Source of the DNA: a virus
Taxonomy: Duplodnaviria; Caudoviricetes
DNA: 50,367 bases
Virus record (IMG/VR): IMGVR_UViG_3300032328_001047
Location: 1 to 50,367 of that record
Strand: one strand, 5' to 3'
Part shown: piece by piece, positions 37,107-47,540 of the stretch
Numbering within the stretch: the first letter of the stretch is position 1
How the letters are laid out: each line of letters begins with the position of its first letter
Program-made: the position numbers and the translations under genes
The notes under the pieces: model-generated
Databases searched by the model: none
What the model saw: only the letters and a program-made list of their open reading frames with translations
Told to the model about the DNA's origin: nothing

Positions 37107-38336
37107 ATGGCAGATTTAAAACCAATAGGTAGTGAAAAACTTCAAGGAACCGAAAAGATTGCAAGAATAATGGAAATTGCAAGATACGGTGAAGCACCTA
37201 AACAAGAAATCAATGTAAATGAAACAACCGATTACACAAGAGTACTTGCTGACGGTAATGTATACGGTATTGTGAAAGAAAGAAACGGTTATATCATTAA
37301 AAAAGGTATTGACGAGTCTACTTTGGATTACACTGACCCAATGAAAAATAGAAAATATCATTCATCTTATTCACAAGCATTAAAGAAATTAAATTTAATC
37401 GCTGGTGAATTAAATAGATTGACTGAAAATGAACAAGGAACAGCATTGTTTGGTGAACAAAAAAAGTTTGTATTAAAAACACCAACGTCATCTGCTCCGG
37501 CACCAGCGCCAGTTGCACCTGCTCCGGCACCTGAAATGCCCGCACCATCACCTGAGCCAGCACCATCACCTATGGGTGATGAAGTAATGCCTGAACTACC
37601 AAGTGACGATATGATGCCAGATGAAATGGATATGGACGAACCAACAATGGATGAACCTATGGGTCCTGAAGATAGTGAAGGAGACAATGGTCCTGTGACG
37701 TTGAAACAGATTCAAAAATTAACAGGTAAATTGGGACAGAAATTAAGAACATTCGCTTCTGAACAAGAAATGACATCTGAAGATGTTAAGTATGTCCTTA
37801 ATTCAATCTTATCTGCTGTTGATTTGAATTTATTAGACGAAAATGATAAAGAAGATATATTATCAAGATTTGAAAGTGAAGAAAGTGGTGAGGATGGTTC
37901 TAATTATGACGAGATTGGTATGGAACCAATTGAACCCGACACATCTGATTTCGATATGGGTGATGAAATTACCACAGAACCTGAAGTAGGGGAAGGTAAT
38001 GTTCACAAATCAAAGATGAACGCAATTATGGACGGAATCTTTACTGAATCCAAAGTTGATAAAATTTTATCTAAGTATTTTGTTGAAACTCCTGAAGAGA
38101 AAAAAATTAACGAATCGAAAAAAACACAAAATTATATTAAGAAAAAAATAAACAAAGTTAACGTTATGGAAGAAGTTAAAAATCTTTCAGAAACTATTGA
38201 ACAAGAATTAACATCTGAATTTATTTTAAGAGAAAATGAAAATTCTAAATTCATTGGTAAAACTAACTTAAAAAACTTAGTATTTGAACACGAGGGAAAA
38301 CAAATTAAGGTTTCTCCAAAAGGTGAAATTCTATGA
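37107..38336 (+). CDS. Acidic Pro-rich hypothetical protein (head-module neighbour)
   Basis: 409 aa with APAP linker. Confidence 0.75.
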   Translation: MADLKPIGSEKLQGTEKIARIMEIARYGEAPKQEINVNETTDYTRVLADGNVYGIVKERNGYIIKKGIDESTLDYTDPMKNRKYHSSYSQALKKLNLIAGELNRLTENEQGTALFGEQKKFVLKTPTSSAPAPAPVAPAPAPEMPAPSPEPAPSPMGDEVMPELPSDDMMPDEMDMDEPTMDEPMGPEDSEGDNGPVTLKQIQKLTGKLGQKLRTFASEQEMTSEDVKYVLNSILSAVDLNLLDENDKEDILSRFESEESGEDGSNYDEIGMEPIEPDTSDFDMGDEITTEPEVGEGNVHKSKMNAIMDGIFTESKVDKILSKYFVETPEEKKINESKKTQNYIKKKINKVNVMEEVKNLSETIEQELTSEFILRENENSKFIGKTNLKNLVFEHEGKQIKVSPKGEIL

Positions 38337-38737
38337 ACCGTTTAGTCTTTGTAAATGAGTTAGGTCCAAACTTTAGAGGTGATAACCTTTATGAGTTTAT
38401 ATTCTCAAATAACGAAGACGTAAGTGGTGAAGATTGGGAATCATCTCCAGCTGGTGGAAATCCACAACCCCCTCATATAGATTATATAACAAAAGTTGGA
38501 GTTCTAAAAAACGATAAAATAAAACTTAACGTTATTCAGAACTCTGACTTTTTTTCCTTTTACGATGCAGTTGATAAAGTAATTGCGTTATCATGGGAAG
38601 ACATTGAAAATGAATACTATAATGAAGAAAACACTAGATTGGTATTTCATTATGGGGATAGTGAACAAGATGTTATGTCAAAACTATATGAAAGGGATAT
38701 TATATTAACATTTGAAAAAACTTTAACACATGTCTAA
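38333..38737 (+). CDS. Hypothetical protein
   Basis: ATGA overlap. Confidence 0.7.
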   Translation: MNRLVFVNELGPNFRGDNLYEFIFSNNEDVSGEDWESSPAGGNPQPPHIDYITKVGVLKNDKIKLNVIQNSDFFSFYDAVDKVIALSWEDIENEYYNEENTRLVFHYGDSEQDVMSKLYERDIILTFEKTLTHV

Positions 38738-39674
38738 CATTGGTACAAAAATAGAAAAATTAGTAAGTAATGGTTTTACTTACAATACCTTAAGAGGTTT
38801 AAATGAATCTCAGATTAAATTATTATACACAAGATTGGTTGAACAATCAACAAATCCTAACTTAGAAAAAAACATTCAGGGATTGGATTTATTGAATAAA
38901 AAACTAACTGATGTTGAGTTAAAAATGAAAAAATTAGGTTTATCTGAAAAAAATATAGATGAGGATGATTTTGGATTGGATTCTGACCAAGATTATACCG
39001 GTCAATATGGCTCACATGACGAATATCAATCAGCTGATGACGGTATGGATGATGATACATCACCTGAAAATAATGATAGAAAAATGGTGGGTGAAATGGA
39101 AATGACCGAAAAGTTCCAATCAAAGTCACAACAAAAATTGTTTTGGGCAAAATGTGAAAACTCAAGAACTGAAAAAGCCAAGAAAAAATGGTGTAAATGG
39201 GCTAAAGAATTTTCTGATAAGACTGATTTTAGTAAATTACCGGAAAAAAAGAAGAAAGATGTTAAGGAATTGGAAGAAAACTTGACAAAGTTAATTGAAA
39301 ACTATATACCTGAACATATAACTAAAGGTCAATTAATGAAAATGTTAGAAGGGTCAACTAAATCAGCTCCGGCACCTACAAAGGTACCAACTGTTAAACC
39401 TGGTGAAAAAGTTAAACAACCAGGTAAGAAAAATCCATTTAAAATTGAACCGGCACAAAAGCCAAATCCAAAAGCTGAAATGAAAGAAGCTGGTGTTGGA
39501 GCACCTGCACCAACAAAGGCACCTGTTAAAACACCAACAAAAACTCCAAGTAAAGCACCTGGTAAGAAAAATCCATTTAAAATTGAACCGGCACAAAAGC
39601 CAAATCCAAAAGCTAAAGGACCTAAATGGTTGAGCTATAATACATTCACATCAATGGGTTATAATTTAAAATAA
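38730..39674 (+). CDS. Hypothetical protein with duplicated Pro/Lys-rich C-terminal motif
   Basis: PGKKNPFKIEPAQKPNPKA x2. Confidence 0.75.
   Translation: MSNIGTKIEKLVSNGFTYNTLRGLNESQIKLLYTRLVEQSTNPNLEKNIQGLDLLNKKLTDVELKMKKLGLSEKNIDEDDFGLDSDQDYTGQYGSHDEYQSADDGMDDDTSPENNDRKMVGEMEMTEKFQSKSQQKLFWAKCENSRTEKAKKKWCKWAKEFSDKTDFSKLPEKKKKDVKELEENLTKLIENYIPEHITKGQLMKMLEGSTKSAPAPTKVPTVKPGEKVKQPGKKNPFKIEPAQKPNPKAEMKEAGVGAPAPTKAPVKTPTKTPSKAPGKKNPFKIEPAQKPNPKAKGPKWLSYNTFTSMGYNLK
39423..39614 (+). repeat. 54-nt exact direct repeat (39423-39476, 39561-39614)
   Basis: ggtaagaaaaatccattt...ccaaaagct twice. Confidence 0.9.
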
Positions 39675-41002
39675 TGAAAAACAAAAGAAGAATATTTGAG
39701 GCTCCTATTGATGAGCCAACAGGTTTTAGAATGAACCCTGATTTAAAAAGGTCAATCGAAAGAGGTGAAACACCACTTTCAAATAGTCCTTTTATTCCTA
39801 AAAAGGGTGAAGGTGATAGACAATCATTTGAAGAGATTGCAGCATCTAAAAGATTTAGAGATGTTGTTGTAAAACTTGAAAGATATTTGGGAATGAATGT
39901 TCCTAATAATATGGGTGGACTTCAAATGATGATTATGAGGTTATTTGGTGAGGTTAGTCAGTTTGAAAGTTCAAGAAAACAAGAACTTGAGCAATTGGCA
40001 AAAGATTTAGTATCAAATGAATTAGTTGACCCAAAATATGCCGAATTTATACAATTCGACCCTAAGTTGGTTGGAATGGGTGAAGCAGGAAATGAAAATT
40101 TCCAAGCAGAACCTGAAGAGTTTTCATCTGAAGATATTGAATTAGCGTTTGAGGATTCTGGTGAAGATTTAGAAGAATTTGTAGATGCGTTTGAAAACTT
40201 TGATTACATGGTTGCAAAACGTAGATTTATGAACGCAATCATTCAAGGTGCTGCTAAAAAAGGACACTTTATGTTTGAATTAATTAGAGATTCATTGGAA
40301 GAAATGCAACCTGGTATTACTGACAAGTATGGTGCTTTAATGGCAATGAATGATTACTTGTATTGGTTATTACCACCTGAAATGGTACAACAAATGGCCG
40401 CTGCGGGACAAAATATGGGTGGTTCTGAAGAAGTTGAAATGGAACAAGACGAAGAAGGCAATGAAACTGGAAATTTTGTCGTTAGAGCAAAAGCTGTTAT
40501 GTTCCCGATTTTAGTTCATGAATTAATTAAAGGTTATTATGATATTTTAGGGGCAACGTCTTTACCAACTGACCCAATTCAAGCTCAAATGGTTAAACAA
40601 ACTGCGGATACTTTAGTAAATGAAATATTTGATATTATCACAGGTACATATTTGTGGGAAAAATTATTAGAATCATATCCTGCAAAAGTATTAGAAGACA
40701 ATATGAAGATTGTTCAAAGTTTAATCTTTAGGGAGTTTTCTAAATTACCAAAAAACAAATTTACATCATTAGCACAAAGAGTTAATAAGGGTGACGTAAC
40801 TGCTTATTCCGAAATGGAAAGTATTGCTGACCAAATTATTGATGAATTGAACAAGCAAGATTTGGAAGAGATTTTGGGTAATTCGGATTATGATGGTGAT
40901 GATGATGATGACACTATGGGTTATTCATCAGACGATGATGACGATGATATTGACTTGAGTTTCTTAAGTGATTTAGGTATCGGTACTCCGCCAAATAAGT
41001 AA
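39674..41002 (+). CDS. Hypothetical protein immediately upstream of terminase
   Basis: 442 aa, acidic tail, FPILVHELIKG. Confidence 0.75.
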   Translation: MKNKRRIFEAPIDEPTGFRMNPDLKRSIERGETPLSNSPFIPKKGEGDRQSFEEIAASKRFRDVVVKLERYLGMNVPNNMGGLQMMIMRLFGEVSQFESSRKQELEQLAKDLVSNELVDPKYAEFIQFDPKLVGMGEAGNENFQAEPEEFSSEDIELAFEDSGEDLEEFVDAFENFDYMVAKRRFMNAIIQGAAKKGHFMFELIRDSLEEMQPGITDKYGALMAMNDYLYWLLPPEMVQQMAAAGQNMGGSEEVEMEQDEEGNETGNFVVRAKAVMFPILVHELIKGYYDILGATSLPTDPIQAQMVKQTADTLVNEIFDIITGTYLWEKLLESYPAKVLEDNMKIVQSLIFREFSKLPKNKFTSLAQRVNKGDVTAYSEMESIADQIIDELNKQDLEEILGNSDYDGDDDDDTMGYSSDDDDDDIDLSFLSDLGIGTPPNK

Positions 41003-41019
41003 TGTAGTATTTATAAGGG

Positions 41020-42789
41020 ATGAGTATCACAAAAGAACAAGCCCTTATAGAATACGCCAAGTGTGTTAAAAACACCCCTTACGCCTTAAGAACCTATTTA
41101 CAAACGTATGACAATACACAGTCAAAATACGTTCCGTTAGATTTATTTCCCGACCAAGAAACATTAGTAAATGATTACGATAACTATGAAGAAAATATTG
41201 CTCTGAAATATCGTCAGGCTGGTGTATCAACAGTTACCGCAGCATGGGCGTCTAAAAAAGTAGTTTTTGCCAACAAACAAAGACCTGAAAAAATTCTTGT
41301 AATTGCTAACAAATTAGACACTGCTGTAGAATTTGCTAATAAAATTAGAGGGTTTACAGAACAATGGCCTAATTGGATGGGTGTAACATTTTCATCTGAA
41401 AAGAATTCACAAAGACACTTTAAATTATCAAATGGATGTGAAGTTAAGGCGGTGGCAACATCACCTGACGCACTTCGTGGTTATACCCCTACCGTATTGA
41501 TATTTGACGAGGCGGCTTATATTGAAGCCAATGATGATTTCTGGGCGGCTTGTATGGCGTCATTATCAACAGGTGGTAAAGTTATAGTAATATCAACACC
41601 AAACGGATACGATGCGATTTATTATAGTATCTACGAACAGGCGGTTAAAGGGATGAACAATTTCAAAGTTACTGAAATGTTTTGGTGGAGAGACCCAAGA
41701 TACACAAAAGATTTACATTTTATTAAAGTAAAAGATTTAATACACTATTTTTTAAATCGTGAAGAATATCCAAACCCTGAAATTATTAGTTTTGATGGTA
41801 TACCAACAAATCAAAGAGATTTTGTGGAATTTAAAAAATTAATGGATGATGGTTACAAGGTAAGTTCAACTTGGTTTGAAACCATGGCCAAAAAGTTAAA
41901 ATTTGATAAGAGAAAAATTTCACAGGAATTGGAATGTAACTTTTTGGGTTCAGGTGACAATGTGTTTGATGCCGAATTAACTGATAGGATTAGAACCGAA
42001 ATGGTTCGTCAACCTGAATCAAAGATGGTTCAAAATCAATTATGGATTTGGAAAGAACCTGTAGCTGGTCATAGATATATTATGGGTATGGACGTGTCAA
42101 GAGGTGATTCTGAAGATTTTACATCATTTCAAATTATTGATTTTGATGAAAGGGAACAAGTTGCTGAGTATGTTGGAAAACTTCCACCTGATGTTGCGGC
42201 AGAAATTGCTTATAAATGGGGTAATTACTATGACGCATTTATTGTAATTGATATTACTGGTGGTATGGGTGTTTCGACATCAAGAAAATTACAAGAAATG
42301 GGTTACAAAAACTTATATGTTGATGGGATTAATTATGGTAATATTTGGGAAGCAACAGTTAAGTCAAATGAAAAAATACCTGGTATAAACTTTAATAGTA
42401 AAAGGGTTCAAATCATTTCGGCGTTTGAAGAAGCGTTAAGACACGGTTTTAAACTGTATTCGGCAAGATTACTTAGTGAAATGAATACGTTTGTTTATAT
42501 GAATGGAAGACCTGACCACATGAAAGGACATCATGATGATTTAATTATGTCGGTATCAATGGCTTTATATGTGGGACAAAATGCCTATAACCAACTTGAA
42601 AAAGTTAATGAACAGACACGGGCGATGTTAAGTTCTTGGACAGTTGCCGATGACAGTACGAATAGAGAAATAACAAAATTTAATCCAGGAATGCCTGTTT
42701 TATCTCCAACAGGGTATAACGATGCTTTTTCATCAAATCCAACAAAAAAGGATTACGAACAGTATTTATGGTTATTCAATAGAAGATAA
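41020..42789 (+). CDS. terL: Terminase large subunit (T4 gp17-like)
   Basis: KYRQAGVST, LRG...IFDEAAY, ISTPNG, QELECNF, GMDVSRG, HDDLIMS. Confidence 0.95.
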   Translation: MSITKEQALIEYAKCVKNTPYALRTYLQTYDNTQSKYVPLDLFPDQETLVNDYDNYEENIALKYRQAGVSTVTAAWASKKVVFANKQRPEKILVIANKLDTAVEFANKIRGFTEQWPNWMGVTFSSEKNSQRHFKLSNGCEVKAVATSPDALRGYTPTVLIFDEAAYIEANDDFWAACMASLSTGGKVIVISTPNGYDAIYYSIYEQAVKGMNNFKVTEMFWWRDPRYTKDLHFIKVKDLIHYFLNREEYPNPEIISFDGIPTNQRDFVEFKKLMDDGYKVSSTWFETMAKKLKFDKRKISQELECNFLGSGDNVFDAELTDRIRTEMVRQPESKMVQNQLWIWKEPVAGHRYIMGMDVSRGDSEDFTSFQIIDFDEREQVAEYVGKLPPDVAAEIAYKWGNYYDAFIVIDITGGMGVSTSRKLQEMGYKNLYVDGINYGNIWEATVKSNEKIPGINFNSKRVQIISAFEEALRHGFKLYSARLLSEMNTFVYMNGRPDHMKGHHDDLIMSVSMALYVGQNAYNQLEKVNEQTRAMLSSWTVADDSTNREITKFNPGMPVLSPTGYNDAFSSNPTKKDYEQYLWLFNRR

Positions 42790-42825
42790 AGTTTATTCAT
42801 TAAAAAAAGATACTATATTTAAAGG

Positions 42826-44664
42826 ATGGCAGATGATTTAACCATATGGCAACGACTTACAAAAGTTTTTGGCCCCGACTCAACTTTGAGTCAACAGCCC
42901 CCCGTTTATAAATTTGATAAGAAAGAATTATTAAAAACCACAGATAAGCAAGAATTTGAGAAGGAAAAACTCCAAGCTCAACAAACAATGTATCTTGGTC
43001 AACAGTGGGGTAAAATAGAAAATAATTTATATTCACAAGCAATTTATTATGAACCAACAAGATTGGCATCATATTATGATTACGAAAGTATGGAATATAC
43101 TCCTGAAATTTCGGCAGCTCTTGACATATATGCCGAGGAATCAACAACAACTAGTGAAAATGGTGAAATTCTACAAATATATTCAGAATCAAATAGAATT
43201 AAGGGAATATTATCTGATTTATTTAATAATAGATTAGACATTAGTACTAATTTACCAATGTGGACAAGAAACACCTGTAAGTATGGTGATAACTTTGTTT
43301 ACTTAAAATTAGATTCTGAAAAAGGTATTATGGGTTGTCAACAACTTCCAAACATTGAAATTGAACGTTTGGAACGTGGTATGAAAATAAAACCATCACA
43401 TAACACAACTGAAGACGCAAAATCTTTGAAATTCGTATGGAAAGTAAAAGACATGGAAATGAATACTTGGGAGGTTGCTCACTTTCGTTTATTAGGTGAT
43501 GATAGAAAACTTCCTTATGGTACATCAATGTTGGAAAAAGCTAGACGTACTTGGAAACAATTATTATTATCTGAAGACGCAATGTTGGTCTATAGAACAT
43601 CAAGAGCTCCTGAAAGACGAGTATTTAAAGTTTATGTCGGTAACATGGATGATAAGGATGTTGAACCATATATTCAAAAAATTGCAAACAAGTTCAAAAG
43701 AGACCAAGTTGTTGATTCAAAAACGGGTAACGTTGATTTAAGAATGAATCAAATGGCTGTTGACCAAGATTATTTCATTCCTGTTCGTGACCCAGCACAA
43801 ACAAGTCCAATTGAGACATTGGCAGGAGCTCAGAACCTTTCAGAAATTGCCGATATCGAATATATTCAAAAGAAATTATTAACCGCTCTTCGTGTACCAA
43901 AAGCATTCTTAGGTTTTGAAGAAGTTGTTGGTGACGGTAAAAACTTGGCATTACAAGACATTCGTTTTGCTAGAACAATTAATAGAATTCAAAAATCAAT
44001 GATTCAAGAATTGAATAAGATTGCAATTATTCACTTATTTATTCTTGGATTTGAAGATGAATTAACAAACTTTACATTAGGGTTAACAAATCCATCAACT
44101 CAAGCTGATTTATTAAAGATTGAGAATTGGAAAGAAAAAATCACTCTTTATAAAGACGCGGTTTCGGACCCTGGTAACGGTATCCAAGCTGTTTCAACAA
44201 CATGGGCTAAAAAACATATTCTTGGATTCTCTGATGAAGAAATCAAATTGGATATCCAACAACAAAGAATTGAAAAAGCGGTTGGTGCTGAATTACAGAA
44301 AACACCTGAAGTTATTATTCATACAGGTATCTTTGATAACATTGATAGATTGTATGGTAAGAAACCTGGTGAAGTGGCAACACCACCAGCAGAAGGTGGT
44401 GACATGGGAGCATTGCCAAGTGGTAGTATGGGTAGTTTAGGTGGATTAGGCGGAGGAAGTGAAGACATGGGAGCACCACCAGAAGCTCCTGAATCACCAG
44501 AACCACCATCAGGAGGTGAAGTAACACCCGAAAGTAGAATGAACGATTTAAATTTAATATTAGAAGACGATTTAATCAGTGGTAGAGATGAAATTGATTT
44601 ATCAAAAGGTAGAACATCAATTAATGAAATCGAAATAAAATTAAACGAACTATTAAATAGTTAA
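42826..44664 (+). CDS. Portal protein (T4 gp20-like)
   Basis: PEISAALDIYAEE, EDAMLVYRTSRAPERRVF, DYFIPVR, IETLAG, FARTINRIQ. Confidence 0.95.
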   Translation: MADDLTIWQRLTKVFGPDSTLSQQPPVYKFDKKELLKTTDKQEFEKEKLQAQQTMYLGQQWGKIENNLYSQAIYYEPTRLASYYDYESMEYTPEISAALDIYAEESTTTSENGEILQIYSESNRIKGILSDLFNNRLDISTNLPMWTRNTCKYGDNFVYLKLDSEKGIMGCQQLPNIEIERLERGMKIKPSHNTTEDAKSLKFVWKVKDMEMNTWEVAHFRLLGDDRKLPYGTSMLEKARRTWKQLLLSEDAMLVYRTSRAPERRVFKVYVGNMDDKDVEPYIQKIANKFKRDQVVDSKTGNVDLRMNQMAVDQDYFIPVRDPAQTSPIETLAGAQNLSEIADIEYIQKKLLTALRVPKAFLGFEEVVGDGKNLALQDIRFARTINRIQKSMIQELNKIAIIHLFILGFEDELTNFTLGLTNPSTQADLLKIENWKEKITLYKDAVSDPGNGIQAVSTTWAKKHILGFSDEEIKLDIQQQRIEKAVGAELQKTPEVIIHTGIFDNIDRLYGKKPGEVATPPAEGGDMGALPSGSMGSLGGLGGGSEDMGAPPEAPESPEPPSGGEVTPESRMNDLNLILEDDLISGRDEIDLSKGRTSINEIEIKLNELLNS

Positions 44665-44677
44665 GATATTTATGAAT

Positions 44678-45403
44678 ATGAGAAATTTTGGATTATTAAA
44701 AAGTATTGTTGAAAATGCTTTGGTTAAAACATATAAAACCGAAGATTTTAAAGAAATTATAAAAGAATTTAGGGATTTTATTAAGGACCACAAATTTGTT
44801 GGTGAACTGTATGTTGAATATGGTTCCTTAATGAAAACTAACGGATTAAACGAAGATGTTGCAAAAGAATTTTTGGGACTTTCTGTTGATTTTATTAAAT
44901 CAACAATTAACAATAACAAACGTGAATTTGAACAATTTGATGCTTGGGTTGAAACTTTAGGTGAAGGTGTTGAAAATCAGTATGAGTTGTTAGATAATAT
45001 GGTTTTTGCTAAAACTTCTGATGATTTTATCAAATTAGTTGAATCAAGAAAACAAATGTGGAAGTTAATGACTGAAACAAAAGAAGAATTAACAATTAGT
45101 GAATCAATTAATATCCCGTTAGAATCTATGTTTGGTGTGGCCGCAGATACATTTGCAAAAGAATATTCACAATTGAGCGAATCGGAATTATTTGAATTAA
45201 AATCAATCTTAAGAATGTCACAGGAAGAATTAAATGAAGGTATTGAAAGATTGAAAACCGAAGTTATTGGAAAACTTTCAAATATTAATGAAAGTGATGA
45301 AGAGACAAATAAGAAATTAAATGAAACAAAGATTAGAATAGAGTCAACACCTGTTGATTCCCTATCATATTACAAACTGAAAAAATTGTCAGAAGGACTT
45401 TAA
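44678..45403 (+). CDS. Hypothetical protein in head module
   Basis: Start likely ATG 44678, 4 nt after TATTTAT. Confidence 0.7.
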   Translation: MRNFGLLKSIVENALVKTYKTEDFKEIIKEFRDFIKDHKFVGELYVEYGSLMKTNGLNEDVAKEFLGLSVDFIKSTINNNKREFEQFDAWVETLGEGVENQYELLDNMVFAKTSDDFIKLVESRKQMWKLMTETKEELTISESINIPLESMFGVAADTFAKEYSQLSESELFELKSILRMSQEELNEGIERLKTEVIGKLSNINESDEETNKKLNETKIRIESTPVDSLSYYKLKKLSEGL

Positions 45404-45406
45404 AAT

Positions 45407-45433
45407 AAAAACCCCTCAAAAGAGGGGTTTTTT
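45407..45433. terminator. Bidirectional terminator
   Basis: aaaaacccctc-aaaa-gaggggtttttt. Confidence 0.8.
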
Positions 45434-45434
45434 G

Positions 45435-45674
45435 TTACTCAGGTTTTTTGTCGGAACCTTTTGAAAAAATCTTTTCAACAACGGTAAGACCCAATCCACC
45501 ACCAGCAATTAAACAAAGTGCATCAAACATATATTCAGGTGTTACACCATCTTTAGATGTAAATGTTGCGATGTATGCTAAGATAATTACGTTTAATAAA
45601 GTGAATAAAGATGCAAATCTTTTTGATGAAACGTCAGAACCGTTTCCTAATAAATTCATAATAAAGTTTTTCAT
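45435..45674 (-). CDS. Small two-TM membrane protein (holin-like)
   Basis: SSKRF then two hydrophobic helices and charged C-terminus; start ATG 45674. Confidence 0.55.
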   Translation of the reverse strand: MKNFIMNLLGNGSDVSSKRFASLFTLLNVIILAYIATFTSKDGVTPEYMFDALCLIAGGGLGLTVVEKIFSKGSDKKPE

Positions 45675-45701
45675 ATTCTTGGTATTTGTTACCAATAAAT
45701 A

Positions 45702-45896
45702 TTAGTTAGTATTATTTTGAGCGATTTGTTGTTTGTACTTAGCCTTTTTTATTTGCTCTCTTTTCAAGGTTGTTTTTTTAATGTACATTTGTTTTTCACG
45801 AAGACGCTCAATTTGTTTTGTTTTGATAACTTTGTGTTTGTAACGTTTTAAAGCTTTTTCTAAACTTTCACCTTTTCCAATTATTATTTTTATCAT
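45702..45896 (-). CDS. rpsU: Ribosomal protein bS21
   Basis: GESLEKALKRYKHK...LREKQMYIK...KAKY, 64 aa, basic. Confidence 0.9.
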   Translation of the reverse strand: MIKIIIGKGESLEKALKRYKHKVIKTKQIERLREKQMYIKKTTLKREQIKKAKYKQQIAQNNTN

Positions 45897-46008
45897 GTTA
45901 AAATCAGTATTATTGATATAAATATATAATTTAAAATAAATTTGTTAATAAGTATTTTTTTTATTATATTTTCATTATAACATATAAACATTTCACAAAT
46001 GAAAACGA

Positions 46009-46467
46009 ATGAAAAAAGGAAAAACATCGAAATTGGATTTATTCCAAGATGCTAAATGCTATTATGGTAGTGTGGATGCAACAGAATTAAAATCAATTTA
46101 TTTAGTATTACAAACATGGGTAAAACCAACACAAGAAAGGGATAATTGGGAAAGAGTAGTTGGGACAATATCCCGAACTATTAAACATAAAGTTTTAGAA
46201 GTTTACAATAAGTCATTATTCAAAGAACAATTTATTGTTGACTTAGATTTAAGAACAAGTGGTATTAAAGTAGATAAATCAAGTTTCTTAAATCTTGAAA
46301 TTACATTCTTCACAAAAGAAAATATTGATTTCAAATCTGATGATTTATCAAATGAATTAAATCGAATATTAAAAGAAGTTCACGACAATGTTTTAAATAA
46401 AACAAGATTTTTTACCATTCAATATTCTAAAAACAAGTTAAAAAACAAAAACTTTGAGATATTCTAA
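46009..46467 (+). CDS. Hypothetical protein in head module
   Basis: 152-aa ORF. Confidence 0.7.
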   Translation: MKKGKTSKLDLFQDAKCYYGSVDATELKSIYLVLQTWVKPTQERDNWERVVGTISRTIKHKVLEVYNKSLFKEQFIVDLDLRTSGIKVDKSSFLNLEITFFTKENIDFKSDDLSNELNRILKEVHDNVLNKTRFFTIQYSKNKLKNKNFEIF

Positions 46468-46490
46468 TATTTATTGATAAATATTTTAAT

Positions 46491-47213
46491 ATGAAGATAC
46501 TTAAACCGAATGAAATAGGTAAAGGAATATTGATAGAATATGATGCAGGTCATATATCTATGAAAAATGCTGTAGATAATGATTTTGTTAACGAACAAAA
46601 ATCACAATTAGACCACTCTAAACCATTTGTATTTTATGCTACATTACAAAAGTATGGAACACCTAATAGAAATGGTCGTGTATATCCTGAAGATATTCTT
46701 AGAAGAGAGGCTGAAAAATATAAACAAACAATATCTAAAGGTTTGGCAACATCAGAACTTAACCACCCTGAATCATCTTTAATTGATTTAGACCGAGTAT
46801 CACACATTATTGATGATATATGGTGGGAAGATAATGTTCTTATGGGTAAACTAAGATTGTTGACTACACCAGGTTTCCATGAAAGAGGTATTGTATCATC
46901 TAAGGGTGATGTGGCAGCAAACTTAATGAGACAAGGTGTTACAATGGGTGTTTCTTCACGTGGGGTTGGTTCATTAGCAAAAAAAGGTGAACACAATGAA
47001 GTTCAAAAAGATTATGAAATGATTTGTTTTGACTTAGTTATGAATCCATCAACACCAGGAGCTTATCTATTCCTTAATAAAGATGACCGTCATAAGTATG
47101 ATGAGAATCTTGAAGAAGAAAAAAAATCAAAAGAAGATGGAAGAATTGACGGTGGTTTAAACAAATCGCTTGACTTAATGGGAAAATTGAACGATTTTTT
47201 GGGATATAGATAA
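46491..47213 (+). CDS. Prohead protease (T4 gp21-like)
   Basis: NRNGRVYP, ELNHP, VSH, GVSSRGVGS, FDLVMNPSTPGA. Confidence 0.95.
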   Translation: MKILKPNEIGKGILIEYDAGHISMKNAVDNDFVNEQKSQLDHSKPFVFYATLQKYGTPNRNGRVYPEDILRREAEKYKQTISKGLATSELNHPESSLIDLDRVSHIIDDIWWEDNVLMGKLRLLTTPGFHERGIVSSKGDVAANLMRQGVTMGVSSRGVGSLAKKGEHNEVQKDYEMICFDLVMNPSTPGAYLFLNKDDRHKYDENLEEEKKSKEDGRIDGGLNKSLDLMGKLNDFLGYR

Positions 47214-47220
47214 AATTATT

Positions 47221-47430
47221 ATGGACGAAAAATATTTTGTAGCAAAAATTCAGTATGACCTGATTGATGAAAACACAGGGAAAATCAAAAAAATTAGAGA
47301 AGAGAAATTAGTTAAAGGTTACAGTGTGACTGACGTAGAAGCAAAAGTAACCGAGAAATTTAAAGGATTTCAACATGATTGGCGAATAACGGCAGTCAGT
47401 GAAAGTAAAATTGATGAAGTTTTTCAATAA
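47221..47430 (+). CDS. Small hypothetical protein (DUF4494-like)
   Basis: GKIKKIREEKLVKGYSVTDVEAKV. Confidence 0.6.
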   Translation: MDEKYFVAKIQYDLIDENTGKIKKIREEKLVKGYSVTDVEAKVTEKFKGFQHDWRITAVSESKIDEVFQ

Positions 47431-47433
47431 ATT

Positions 47434-47459
47434 AAAACCCGAGAAATCGGGTTTTTTTT
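47434..47459 (+). terminator. Intrinsic terminator
   Basis: aaaacccga-gaaa-tcgggtttttttt. Confidence 0.8.
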
Positions 47460-47540
47460 ATTTTATTATATTGCCATTTAAGATTTTTTCAATTATGGGC
47501 ATATTTATAGTGTAAATAAAAAATATTTTATTGCACAAAA

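Noticed and set aside
45435-45674. Firm holin call
   Set aside because: Only size and two TM helices support it; no adjacent endolysin
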